Shown here: positions 1 through 10,387 of the stretch, one piece after another
How the letters are laid out: each line of letters opens with the position of its first letter
Position numbering within the stretch: position 1 is the stretch's first letter
Assembly: GCA_951406725.2 (NCBI GenBank)
Contig: OX597827.1
Coordinates: 69,130,001-69,194,000, forward strand
DNA: 64,000 nucleotides
DNA from: Octopus vulgaris
Lineage: Eukaryota
Direction of reading: 5' to 3'
The notes under the pieces: model-generated
Told to the model about the DNA's origin: nothing
What the model saw: the letters and a program-made list of their open reading frames with translations, nothing else
The model's database searches: none
Made by a program: the position numbers and the translations under genes

Positions 1-204
1 GGAAATAGTTGAACAATTTGTTTCTCACATCTGGTTTTTTGAGAGAGAAAGACACACACACATGCATGTGGGTATGTAATACTATTTCTTTACCTTGGCA
101 CCTTGTGATAATTGTAAATGAGTGTCACCTTTTATACAAGAGGTGTCCTTTGTTTACAGTCTTCCATAAAAGCATGTTTGGTTACAGGGAAACATTACCT
201 TACT

Positions 205-680
205 TGATCTGGCAGAGTTTCTACAGCTGAATGCCCTTCCTAACGCCAACCACTCCGAGAGTGTTGTGGGTGCTTTTTACGTGCCACCGGCACTGGGGCC
301 AGAGGGGACTGGCAAACGGCTATGATCATTGCCAGTCAGGCAGTACTGGCAACGACCTCGCTCGAATCTTTTTACACATGCCACCAGCGCAGGTGCCAGT
401 AAGGTGACGTTGGTAACGATCACACTCAAATGGTGCCCTTTTACGTGCCACCGGCACGGAAGCCAGTTGGCTGCTCTGGTAACAATCATGCTTGGCTGGT
501 GCTCTTGGCACCCTACTAGCACGGGCACAAGTGCCAGTAAGGTGACGCTGGTAACGATCACACTCGAATGGTGCCTTTTATGTGCCACTGGCACAGAAGC
601 CGGTTAGCTGCTCTGTCAATGATCACATTCGTATGGTGCTCTTTGTACCCCGCTAGCTTGGATGCCAGTCATCGAATTTT
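205..680 (-). mobile_element. RTE-tail repeat with internal ~138-bp tandem duplication
   Basis: Reverse complement of the family tail gagtggttggcgttaggaagggcat.cagctgtagaaactctgccagatc. The block gtgccagtaaggtgacg.tggtaacgatcacactc occurs at ~393 and ~531. Confidence 0.7.
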
Positions 681-722
681 TTTGTATATGTATGTATAAA
701 AGTTTTTTGCTGTTGCTTTCAG

Positions 723-844
723 AGTCTGGTGAAGTGAATGTTCGTGTGTACATTGGTGTTGAATATGAATGCCCACGAGGCCACAGATTCTTCAGCAGCG
801 GCCCAGACAAACTAGTTAAAATGTCCAGTTCCAGTAACGTGAAG
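723..844 (+). CDS. SMG8: SMG8 internal coding exon (upstream exons lie outside the window)
   Basis: Acceptor tgctttcag|AG, donor AAG|gtaaat. Encodes SGEVNVRVYIGVEYECPRGHRFFSSGPDKLVKMSSSSNVK, matching the SMG8 C-terminal motif G.EYE..RGHRF..SGPDK. Phase 0 matches the next exon. Confidence 0.93.
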
Positions 845-1289
845 GTAAATATACTTCTGTGATAGATCTCCATATTTTAAGCCCCGGGTTAACTTTGATC
901 AAGTACAGCTTTGATTAAAAAATAAATAAAAAGCACTGTGAAAAAAAATATGAAATGTTGGTAGGACATTGATATTTTCATGCATGTCAGCTGCTTCCTC
1001 ATATATTTTGATGATAAATAAAAATTTCTTTTGAGACCTACATCATCCCTGCTATTTCTAGTGTGAACCATCCATCAAATTGCCTTCCAAGTGATCCCAC
1101 CCCACTTCCTGTGGATTTCAAAACTTTTGGGTTGCAACCATAATGATGAGCACAATGAAAAGTATGTCTGGTGAGATTGTGGAAACGAGAGAATGTGTGT
1201 TGTGTGCAAGAGATAAGAGGGAAAGGATGCTCAACCAAACTCCTCATGGGTAAAAGACAGATATACAAATTGTTTTGGGGGAGTAATAG

Positions 1290-2390
1290 TTACACTAGAG
1301 GTAGAATAGGCATACTGTTAGCTGAGTGATAAAGTAATTGAGGTAGCCAAGGTATGTGATAGGATAATCAAGATGTTATAGGCAACTCAACTGCAACAGT
1401 TATCTCAGTATATGCCCAGAAGCACAGAAAGATTGCTTTATGTGAGACCATGAAGATAAAATGATCAAGGACAGGAGAGAGGAGAAGGCCCATTAGGGGT
1501 AGTTAGAGAGATGTTCAAAATAACTTGTGGGGTAGGGTACAGGATTACCACCTAGAGAATCAAGTTATGTAAAGAATCATACCCAATGATTGACATGGTA
1601 GTATCATCATAAACTGCTAGAAAGGCAAAGGAGATGATTAAGAGAGAAGCAGTTATATAAAGTTCAGACTATGAGGTCACAGAGTGAATCCTACTGCAAC
1701 TGATTTGTAACAGGGTAGATCTAGATGAAATGCTGTTTGTTCTATGCCTGGGAGAGGTACCACAGATGCAATCTTCCTAGTAAGGCAACTACAGGAGAAA
1801 TGCTTGGCTAAGAGCAAACCATTAGTGCTTGCTCTGTTGACTTGGAGAAGGCATTTGACAGGGTACCACATGCAGTAAGCTGGTGGTCACTAAGGAACCT
1901 AGGCATTGAGGAATAGCTTGTGAGGGCTGTACAAGTTATGTATAAAGCCACAGTAAGTAAAGTGTGAGTTAACGTCAGTGAGAATTTAGTACAAGGGTTG
2001 AAGTTCATCAAGGTTCAGTCCTTGGCCCCCTCCTATTCGTCATAGTCCCACAGGCCATCATTGTAGAGTTTAAGGCTAGCTGTCCACAGGAACTCTTATA
2101 TGCTGATAATCTGGTTCTCATAGGGGAATTAGAGAGGAATTTCCAGTCAACGAAGCTAAACCAAGAATTGGGAGGTCTTAAGGTAAACTTAGCAGAGATT
2201 AAGGTTTTAGTTAGTAGGAAAAAAGGCAGGACTCTGATGCCTTCAGAGAAATGGCCATGCTCAATATGCAGAATAGGAATAGGTATAAAGTTCACATGTT
2301 GTCATGTTGTATGCAATGTAAGCTATAGATGCATAAGCAACATAGCAGAATCACAAGTAGACTAGCAAAGAATATAACTTTCATATGTCT
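1290..2390 (+). mobile_element. Degenerate RTE-clade LINE reverse transcriptase fragment (SMG8 intron)
   Basis: Motifs DLEKAFDRVP (~1839), HQGSVLGPLLF (~2006), LLYADNLVL (~2094) and KWPCSICR; stops and frameshifts. Confidence 0.85.
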
Positions 2391-2410
2391 CTGTAACAGA
2401 CTTCCCAAGT

Positions 2411-2640
2411 TTAACCCTTTAGTTTTCAGATTACTCTTTCTGATGTAAGCTTATTTATTAACATTGCTTTGATTTAATCATGCATTATCTTACAGTTTCA
2501 AGATTTCAATGATGTACTTCTTTATTTTTAAAAGCTACCCATTGTAGGGTAGTTGTGAGATGTTGGATCTATCGAGTTTGAACATACAAGAAGCAGAATA
2601 TTTTGGCCAAATATGGCCTGTTCAAATGCTAAAGGATTAA
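2411..2640. mobile_element. piggyBac-like MITE (~230 bp)
   Basis: TTAA-CCCTTTAG ... CTAAAGGA-TTAA termini. Same family at 10164-10387, 28384-28611 and 55568-55804. Confidence 0.75.
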
Positions 2641-2699
2641 CCCAAAATTTCACATTGGCTCTTTGTTCCAACTTCCTCTTCCATGACAAAATTGCAGAC

Positions 2700-2884
2700 T
2701 ACTACATACATGTGGTCACCAAAACACAAATTTCACAATTTGCATAGTAAACACAGCGATTTAATTCGGCACACTGTCTCATGAAAGTCACTGCTAGCTC
2801 TCATCACACACACACACAGCCATGTGCTGCCATCTGTTGGCGCACTACAGAATTAGTCCAAGAACTTTTTGATACCGCCTCATA
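2700..2884 (-). mobile_element. mariner-like terminal fragment
   Basis: Ends gaactttttgataccgcctcata, resembling a TA(Y)GAGG..ATCAAAAAGTT mariner TIR. Confidence 0.45.
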
Positions 2885-2971
2885 AGTGCAATGAAGCAAT
2901 AGGTTCTACAAACACACCAGAAATAGATGCCCTAGAAGACTCACTGAAAGTAGTTGATAGCTTTTGGAAGA

Positions 2972-3456
2972 TGAGGTTGTGAGTTCGATTCCCGGACCAG
3001 GCTGCATGTTGTGTTCTTGAGCAAGACACTTTATTTCATGCTGTTTCAGCCTTTGCCTTTTCCTTGGATAACACTGGTGGCATGGAGAGGGGCGGCCGGT
3101 ATGCATGGGCGAGGTGGCGAGCTGGCAAAAACGTTAGCACGTCGGGCGAAATGCTTAGCGGTATTTCGTCTGCCGTTACATTGTGAGTTCAAATTCCGCC
3201 GAGGTCGACTTTGCCTTTCATCCTTTCAGGGTCGATAAATTAAGTACCAGTTATGCACTGGGGTCGATGTAATCGACTTAATACCTATGTCTGTCCTTGT
3301 TTGTCCCCTCTATGTTTAGCCCCTTGTGGGTAATAAAGAAATAGGTATGCATGGGCGACTGCTGGTCTTCCATAAACAACCTTGCCCAGACTTGTGCCTG
3401 GGAGGGTAACTTTCTAGGTGCAATCCCATGGTCATGCATGACCGAAGGGGGTCTCC
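2972..3456 (+). mobile_element. tRNA-derived SINE (host of a nested SINE)
   Basis: B-box gagttcgattcc, then tgttgtgttcttgagcaagacacttta core. Related copy at ~43255-43460 (-). Confidence 0.65.
3113..3343 (+). mobile_element. Full-length tRNA-derived SINE (family C) with 15-bp TSD
   Basis: Head ggtggcgagctggcaaaaacgttagc, B-box gagttcaaattcc, tail gtaataaagaaata. TSD GGTATGCATGGGCGA at 3098-3112 and 3344-3358. Confidence 0.9.
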
Positions 3457-3513
3457 TCCGTTATCATCATCATCATGATTATTATCATTGTTACTATCAT
3501 TTTTATCATTCAG

Positions 3514-3572
3514 GATAACGCCCACAAGTTGTTAACGTCAGACATGCCACTGTTTTGTTCGTGTCCCTGTCG
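3514..3572 (+). CDS. SMG8: SMG8 59-nt coding exon
   Basis: Acceptor tttttatcattcag|GAT, donor CG|gtaagg. Encodes DNAHKLLTSDMPLFCSCPC(R), the SMG8 DMPL motif. Phases 0 and 2 fit both neighbours. Too short for the ORF track. Confidence 0.9.
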
Positions 3573-4174
3573 GTAAGGAAACCATTAATTTATACCACTC
3601 TGTTAATTCTGATTATTTTCCATGTCTCTAAGGCAGTGATTCTCAAATCCCTTCTCTTCTCTATTAACCCCTTGATTTGTTGTATTTCAGCATTTACACC
3701 ATCACCCAATTTATGCAAAGTCAGCTTAAAGACAAAAGTCAAAAATCCCAATAGACCCTTATTTGATTATAAAAGTTTTATATTATAGAATTACGAAATT
3801 AATACTTAGTTTACAGGTGTGATGTATTTGCCCCTCCTTCCGGCATAGGAAATTTTTTTATTCCCAGGCGTTATACTAGTTTAGAAAGAAAATCCTCTTG
3901 CATTTCAAAATGAAGGAACAAATTCTTCTTCGCCTTAACTGATATATTTAATCTAAGAGATACCACCATGCTCGAAATAGCAGTCAAAACCTGACTCTAA
4001 AACCACATCGTGTACTCATACATCGTGTACTCATACAAGGTGAAAAGACAAATAGACAAATGAACTAGCAAAAATTACTGGATAATCCCAGATCAGGATT
4101 TCTGGCTTTGTATAAAAATATACTTTGCCTCCTCAGTGAGATATACCAAAAATAGTACATAATTACCAATATGT

Positions 4175-4460
4175 ATCATCATTTAACGTCTGCTTTCCAT
4201 GCTGGCATGGGTTGGATGGTTTGACTGAGGACTGGCAAGCCAGATGGCTGTTCCAGGCTTCTGTTTGATCTGGCAGTGTTTCTACAGCTGGATGCCCTTC
4301 CTAACGCCAACCACTCCAAGAGTGTAGTGGGTGCTTTTACGAGCCACCAGCATGAAGGCCAGTCAGGCAGTACTGGTGATGGCCATGCTCAAATGGTGTT
4401 TTTTATGTGCAACCTGCACAGGAGCCAGTCGAGCAGCACTGACAACGACCTCGCTTGAAT
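4175..4460 (-). mobile_element. RTE-tail repeat (family B)
   Basis: Reverse complement of ...aacccatgccagcatggaaagcagacgttaaatgatgat. Confidence 0.8.
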
Positions 4461-4779
4461 ACAATCTACAAATACTTACATATGCACACGTATACATACA
4501 TATATATGTATGGATATACACAACCGGTTCAATTGTCCATCTAAACACCACATACTATATGGTCAAAGCACCAGTGCAGTGAATATAACGACGAAGTAAA
4601 TATATAGTATCTCTTAGATATAATTATAATTAATTATAATTTTAATAACAATTATTACCTCTATGGTTTTTCTTCCTATACTGGCCACTTGTTTATGATC
4701 ATTATTTTAAATAAGTCTTATCCTTATTTATTTTTTTTTAAATGTGTAAATAAATATATATATATATAATATATGATAT

Positions 4780-5068
4780 ATAAATTAGAGAAAAAAATCA
4801 CTATTATGCAATTCAAACAATGATAGACATAAACCAAATCATAAATAAAAAATAAAATATATTTTTATATAAAACATATAACTAGATAACAAAAAGTATA
4901 AAAATGAATAATCAATAAGTAAAAAACTACATACATTTCATGGCTATAATTAAGTTCGAATTACAATTAAATTTAAATTTAATCGAATTTATATATTTAT
5001 ATTGTGAAATTTGATTTGATACTAAATTGAATTTTTCCCTGTAAGTTTGGAGTTATATTCCCTAATAT
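4780..5068. mobile_element. (TA)n-embedded AT-rich repeat (putative Penelope-like remnant)
   Basis: Blocks aattagag..cactattatgcaattcaaac and aatttttccctgtaagtttggagttatattccct recur at 9504-9765, 21530-21820, 31208-31362 and 44728-44900, always next to (TA)n. Confidence 0.55.
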
Positions 5069-5227
5069 ATATATATATATATATGGGTTTACTTTATTCA
5101 TAACCAAATGGGTTTCAAGACTTCTCTAATCTTTCATTCTCTCTCTCTCTATTTTTCTTTTGCCCTCATCTTCACCCTCCCCTCTCCCCTCTTACTTATT
5201 TACACTTTTGTCTTAATATTTCTGCAG

Positions 5228-5407
5228 TACCAAAGGTCACATGGCTCAACTGATGCGTGTGTATGCTGCACCCCCTGAATGTCCAATAACAGTGACCCTG
5301 AACCCAGTCGTGCAACCAGCTCACCCACACCACGGTCCAAACTTCTACCCGGGCAATGACGATCCTATCAAGCTATCACCTGGTAACATCTGGGTCCTCC
5401 GTTTACC
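5228..5407 (+). CDS. SMG8: SMG8 penultimate coding exon
   Basis: Acceptor tttctgcag|T. Encodes TKGHMAQLMRVYAAPPECPITVTLNPVVQPAHPHHGPNFYPGNDDPIKLSPGNIWVLRLP (SMG8 AQLMR...P.VQP...FYP...WVLR.P). Donor CC|gtatccttt. Confidence 0.92.
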
Positions 5408-6146
5408 GTATCCTTTGCAAGAAAGATGTCATCATGTGGGGGTTTTTTTTGTATTTTTCTTTCATTATTTTGTTTTTCATTTATTTGATTTGTTTATTTA
5501 TATATCATTGTATAGGTGCAGGTGTGGTTGTGTGATTAAGGAACTTGCTTCCTAACCTTGTGGTCTTGGGTTCAGCCAAGTGTCTTTTATTGCAGCCCCA
5601 GGCTGACCAAACCCTTGTGAGTGGATTTGGTAGACAGAAACTGAAAGAAGCCTCTGTGTGTGTGTGTGTGTGTGTGTGTGCGTTTGCAAGTAACATTGTC
5701 TCGACATGATGATTGTCAATAGATGTCACTGCCATACAAGCTATGTTGTTTCCAGTCTTTCATGAAAGTCTGGCCACGGGGCCTTATTTACCTTTGTTTG
5801 GAAACAAGTGAGGGTTGGTGACAGGAAGGGCATCCAGCTGTAGAAAATCTGCCTCAATATAAACTCTGACCCATGCAAACCTGGTAAACACATACATAGA
5901 TATATACACATATGATGGACTTCTTTCAGTTTCCATCTACCAAATCCACTCACAAGACTATAATCTTGTGAGGCTATAGTAAAAGACACTTGCCCAAGGT
6001 GCCATGCAGTGGGACTGAGCCTAGAACCATGTGGTTGGGAAGCAAACTTCTTACCACACAGCCACACCAGTTCCTATCTTCATATTATTTTCATACTTTT
6101 TTGAAAAATTTTCTTTTTTTTTTTCCTTAATCCTGTTACCTTCCAG
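5408..6146 (+). other. SMG8: U12-type (minor spliceosome) GT-AG intron of SMG8, 739 nt
   Basis: 5' splice site GTATCCTTT equals the U12 consensus RTATCCTTT. Branch box TTTTCCTTAAT at 6121-6131 lies ~16 nt before the AG at 6145-6146. Splicing keeps the frame (CC|T = Pro). Confidence 0.88.
5514..5880 (+). mobile_element. CORE-like SINE head + (GT)n + RTE-type tail, inside the U12 intron
   Basis: Head shared with family A (gtgagtggatttggtagacagaaactgaaagaagcc); tail gggttggtgacaggaagggcatccagctgtagaaa. A second head is inverted at ~5915-6070. Confidence 0.7.
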
Positions 6147-6261
6147 TCACATCTACGTCGGTAATGGTCACGTGCACTCCAAACCTAATGACTTCAACCA
6201 ACAGAATTTAGGCTGCCTTAACAAGGGGATATTTGGCTACCAACACATCATGGACACTTGA
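6147..6261 (+). CDS. SMG8: SMG8 terminal coding exon
   Basis: Acceptor ccttccag|T. Encodes HIYVGNGHVHSKPNDFNQQNLGCLNKGIFGYQHIMDT, stop TGA at 6259-6261. Continues WVLRLP into HIYV, like the LRFPYAYV of SMG8 orthologues. Confidence 0.87.
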
Positions 6262-6671
6262 GAGAAAGAAAAAAACATCGAATAAGTCCAAACAACACTA
6301 ACAAAAGTGAAAGACAAGACAAGAAAGCTACTAAAGAAATCTAGCAGAGTTGGCCCTTCGACTCCTCCTTTCAAAAAATAATCTTGGATGAGAAATGATG
6401 ACTGGAGACCAAGGGCAAAAGCAGCAGCTTTATAATGCAAAAACGTGCAACTTGGTGCAGGACCTTTACTTGCAAACCTCCAGGAATGTGTGTGGTACAA
6501 AAAGGAATAATGACAAAGATTTCTAAGTTAAGACGCAAGACTACAAATTAGTCAGAAATTCTAGTAACTCAATCTGCAGTACATGACTGGTACTATATAT
6601 TCCCAGCCCTTCAGGAAGACATAATACTATTAATTATTATTATTATTATCATTATTATTATTATTATTTAA

Positions 6672-7165
6672 GATGTCGCACAGTATCCCATATCGTGATG
6701 TTGATTGAAGATATTGTGTCTACCAGGGGTTTGTACTGTTTGCCAAGTCACAACAAGGACCTCAGACAGACAGTACTTTATGAAACTTGCATACAGTTCC
6801 AAGTAATGCTGATTTTTGCAATACGTCTAGATTGTAGGGTATTTCTAAAGTTTCCAGATGTTTTCTTTTCAGGTTTGGTGGTATTGAACCCAATGCTCTG
6901 ATGACAATAAGGATAACTTTATGTTTGACTCTCGTAGCTGCCACATCTTAGCGATCCCAATCCTCAGGTCTCCATATTTATCAACCTTTTCTCTTTCTTT
7001 CATAATGATCTGTTGATCTCCTGGTACCACCACGTCAATTATTAGGCACTTTTGTTTGTCCTTCCCAAAGGTTACTATATCCGGCCTTCACTGTTCTAAC
7101 ACCTTCTCTGTCTGGCAGTCAAAGTCCCAGAGGATTTTTGCCTTCTCCTTTTCATCCATTACCTT
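6672..7165 (-). mobile_element. R4/Dong-like LINE 3' fragment (restriction-like endonuclease)
   Basis: Minus-strand translation gives ILWDFDCQTEKVLE..RPDIV...IIDVVVPGD...KEREKVDKYGDL...IVIRALGSIP. Flanked by (TTA)n. Confidence 0.8.
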
Positions 7166-7396
7166 TTATTATTATCATTATTATTCTTAATAATAAATCT
7201 CTGGACGAGGTATAAACAGTAACTGCACAACAATGTGAAGTATATTTGTCACCTAAATGTGGCTAACCACTAAGGGTGGATGTTACTGTAGCTTGTAGCC
7301 CCAGGAGACCATCTTCTCCAGCTGGCTATTCTGTGCCCTATTGGTATTTGCAAAGGGAAACCATCCTTCCCATTGTCCCCATCATTATTATTATTA

Positions 7397-7605
7397 CCGT
7401 ATTTTCCAGCATATAAGTCAAATTTTTCAGACCAAAATTTGCATCCAATAAAAGCTGGGTTCACTTATTCACAAAAACTACTTGAGAGGACAAAAATTCC
7501 AAGTGAAATGCAGCAGGGTTTGGAAAGATAACGACTGTGTTTCAGTGTTTACAATATATATACTTAGACTATATGCTACATCGACTTATCTGCCAGAAAA
7601 TACAG
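7397..7605. mobile_element. pogo/Tigger-like MITE
   Basis: TA-CCGTATTTTCCAGCATATAAGTC ... GACTTATCTGCCAGAAAATACAG-TA. Related pieces at ~61270-61480 and ~61930-62110. Confidence 0.7.
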
Positions 7606-7822
7606 TAACACTTTCATTACTCTTTACTCTTTTATTTGTTTCATTCAATTGACTGTGGCCATGCTAGAGCACCACCTTTAGTCGAGCAAATCAACCCAAG
7701 GACTTATTCTTTTGTAAGCCTAGTACTTATTCTATTGGTCTCTTTTGCCGAACTGCTAAGTTACAGGGACATAAACACACCAGCATCAGTTGTCAAGCGA
7801 TGCTGGGGCGACAAACATATAT

Positions 7823-7867
<45 letters not shown>

Positions 7868-7961
7868 GGAAAGTTTACGAAAATAAACAAAAGACGAAGC
7901 CAGGTGGAGTACAAACAAACAAATGTATTAGTATGGCGCTCAGGAATAGAAATAGAACAAG

Positions 7962-7999
7962 TCTTTTACGTTTCGAGCCTACACTCTTCGACAGAAAGA
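7962..7999 (-). ncRNA. Putative minimal type I hammerhead ribozyme (variant core), copy 1
   Basis: Minus strand: TCTTT CTGTCGA A GAGT GTAG GCTC GAA ACGT A AAAGA. Stem I TCTTT/AAAGA, stem II, palindromic stem III ACGT. Confidence 0.5.
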
Positions 8000-9196
8000 T
8001 ACAGAAAAAAACAAGTAGAGAAAAAAATGTGTGTAGGGGCTAACGATCTATCATGGCGTCCTGACTTCGGACACCATTTGTTGTGGACAATTGCTCCTCT
8101 TAACACCCGCTTAACTCTCTAATCTGGTCTCTATAAGCACATCAGGAGTGATGGCTGTTCATTTTTCCAAATGACTAACTGTTCCTTTCAGTGGACGAAC
8201 AGTTCTCCTTCACCAACTTTCTTTTTTTCTTCATTTTTTTTTTTTAAAAAGAGAGGCACTTTGGCCTAAACAAACACCAAAATAGCCCCTAAGGTCCTGA
8301 TTAGTTTGACTATGTAACAATAACAAACGTATGGGAGCGATATGCAATACCTGTTGACAGATCAACAACAATAATAATAATAATCTACTATAGATACATT
8401 TTGGAAGAAGGGGTCAGTCAATTACACTGACCGCCCCCGCTTCCAGTACTTAATTGATGATACTTATACTGACCCTAAAAGTATGTAAAGCAAAACCAAC
8501 CTCAGTGGTATTTCAACTGAATATAATAATAATAATAATGATAATTAATAATAATAATAATTTAAATGCAATGGCAGTAATTTAGGTGGAGGGGACTAGT
8601 AAATTAAATGTTTCTAATTCAGACATAAGGCCGGCAATTTTTGAGGTGTGGGATTTGGTTATATCACCCCCTGTTCTTGACTTACTTTATTTAATTGACC
8701 ACTCAATAAGGATTAGTAATTTAGGCAGAAATGTGGTAGCAATGTGGTTTAAGGGGTGGTGGTCAATGATAATAATGATAACTGTAATAATTATAATAAT
8801 CCTTTCCTTTATAGGTACAAAGCCTGAAATTTCAGGGGAGGGGACCAGTCAATTACACTGACCCCAGTGTTTGACTGGTACTTATTTTTGTCGACACTGA
8901 AAGGCAAAGGGAACCTTTGCGGTATTTGAACTCAGAAGAAGAAGAAGAATGATAATAGTAATAATAGTAGTTGTAGTAGTTGTTGTTCTGTATCACACTA
9001 GTGTAATTTTAATAGTATAAGATGTGCTGGAGTCTTGCTTAGAAAAAAGAGCTGCTAACCAAGTCGGCCGTTTTTTGTTGATATTTTGATGTGAAGGAAT
9101 CTGGTGGTTGCTATATATTGAAAATACTGACACGAAATATTTGTCCAGAAAAATATACAGGAGTAGAAAAGATAACAGCCGCTCCTATCGCGTGCG

Positions 9197-9227
<31 letters not shown>

Positions 9228-9503
9228 TTATGCGCATGCACACACACACACACACACACACAAATATCAGTTGTCTGAGATGAGTTGTTAATTAAATTAC
9301 AGTTCTTAGAACTTAATTATATTATTATAATTTGTTTTATTGTTGACATCATAAGAATCTATAAACATTTGAGAGATCGTGAAATAATTACTTTTTGGAA
9401 CTGGAGCTCAAAGCACATAAAGCTATAAATAATTGCATGCTATTATTTATAATTTTATGTGTTAAGAAATTCAGTTCCAAGAAAAAAATATTATATATAT
9501 ATA

Positions 9504-9692
9504 TATAAAATATGAATTAGAGATAAAACTACCATTATGCAACTCAAACAGTGATAGACATAAACCAAAACATAAATAACAAATAAAGTATGTTTTATGA
9601 AAATATATTTTATTTGTTATTTATGTTTTGGTTTATGTCTCACTGTTTGAATTGCATAATGGTGGTTTTATCTCTAATTCATATTTTATATA
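9504..9692. repeat. ~190-bp palindrome of the (TA)n-embedded family
   Basis: aaaatatgaattagagataaaac...aacaaataaa and tttatttgtt...gttttatctctaattcatatttt are inverted arms. Confidence 0.9.
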
Positions 9693-9759
9693 TTTATATT
9701 GGGAAATTTGATTTAATACTAAATAGAATTTTTCCCTGTAAGTTTGGAGTTATACTCCC

Positions 9760-9797
<38 letters not shown>

Positions 9798-9889
9798 TTA
9801 AAAATATGATAAAATTTTTATAAGAATTTATCAAGTAGTTAGAGTAAAAAACCTCATAAGAGAAAAATCCACCAATTTTTTTCTCTTAA

Positions 9890-10075
9890 ATATATTTATA
9901 TTATATAGAGGGCATTACTATACATAAATGCCACACGCTTAGGAGGGACTCTTAAAGTCAAAACTACCAAAATAAATAAACACATTTTATTTATTTTGGT
10001 AGTTTTGACTTTAAGAGTCCCTCCTAGCGTGTGGCATTTATGTATAGAGATGCCCTCTATATAATATAAATATAT
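9890..10075. repeat. ~185-bp near-perfect palindrome, ~5-nt loop
   Basis: ...ggagggactcttaaagtcaaaactaccaaaataaataaa CACAT tttatttattttggtagttttgactttaagagtccctcc... Confidence 0.92.
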
Positions 10076-10163
10076 CTATATATTATCATTATGATTTCAT
10101 TAGGATTTATTTTATTATTGAATATTATTATATAACAGTATCTTATTGTATAATTTTATATTA

Positions 10164-10387
10164 CTAACCCCTTAGCATTTAAACCAGCTATGTCCAGCCA
10201 AAATATTCTACCTGTTTTATGTTCAAACTGGCCAGATCCAGCCTCTCACACCTATCCTTCAACATCATTCTGAAAATAAACAATTGCATCGTAGAAATCC
10301 TGAATCTTACATAATGCAAGCCTAATTCAGAACTGTGACTAACTAAATATTACATTTGACAGATAAATCTGGACGCTAAAGGTTTAA
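10164..10387. mobile_element. piggyBac-like MITE copy
   Basis: Homologous to 28388-28607; degenerate CCC.TTAG...CTAAAGG termini. Confidence 0.7.

Noticed and set aside
3113-3205. tRNA gene
   Set aside because: A and B boxes belong to a multi-copy SINE head; no cloverleaf or terminator.
5241-5555. Stand-alone 104-aa ORF
   Set aside because: It is an SMG8 exon reading into the U12 intron.
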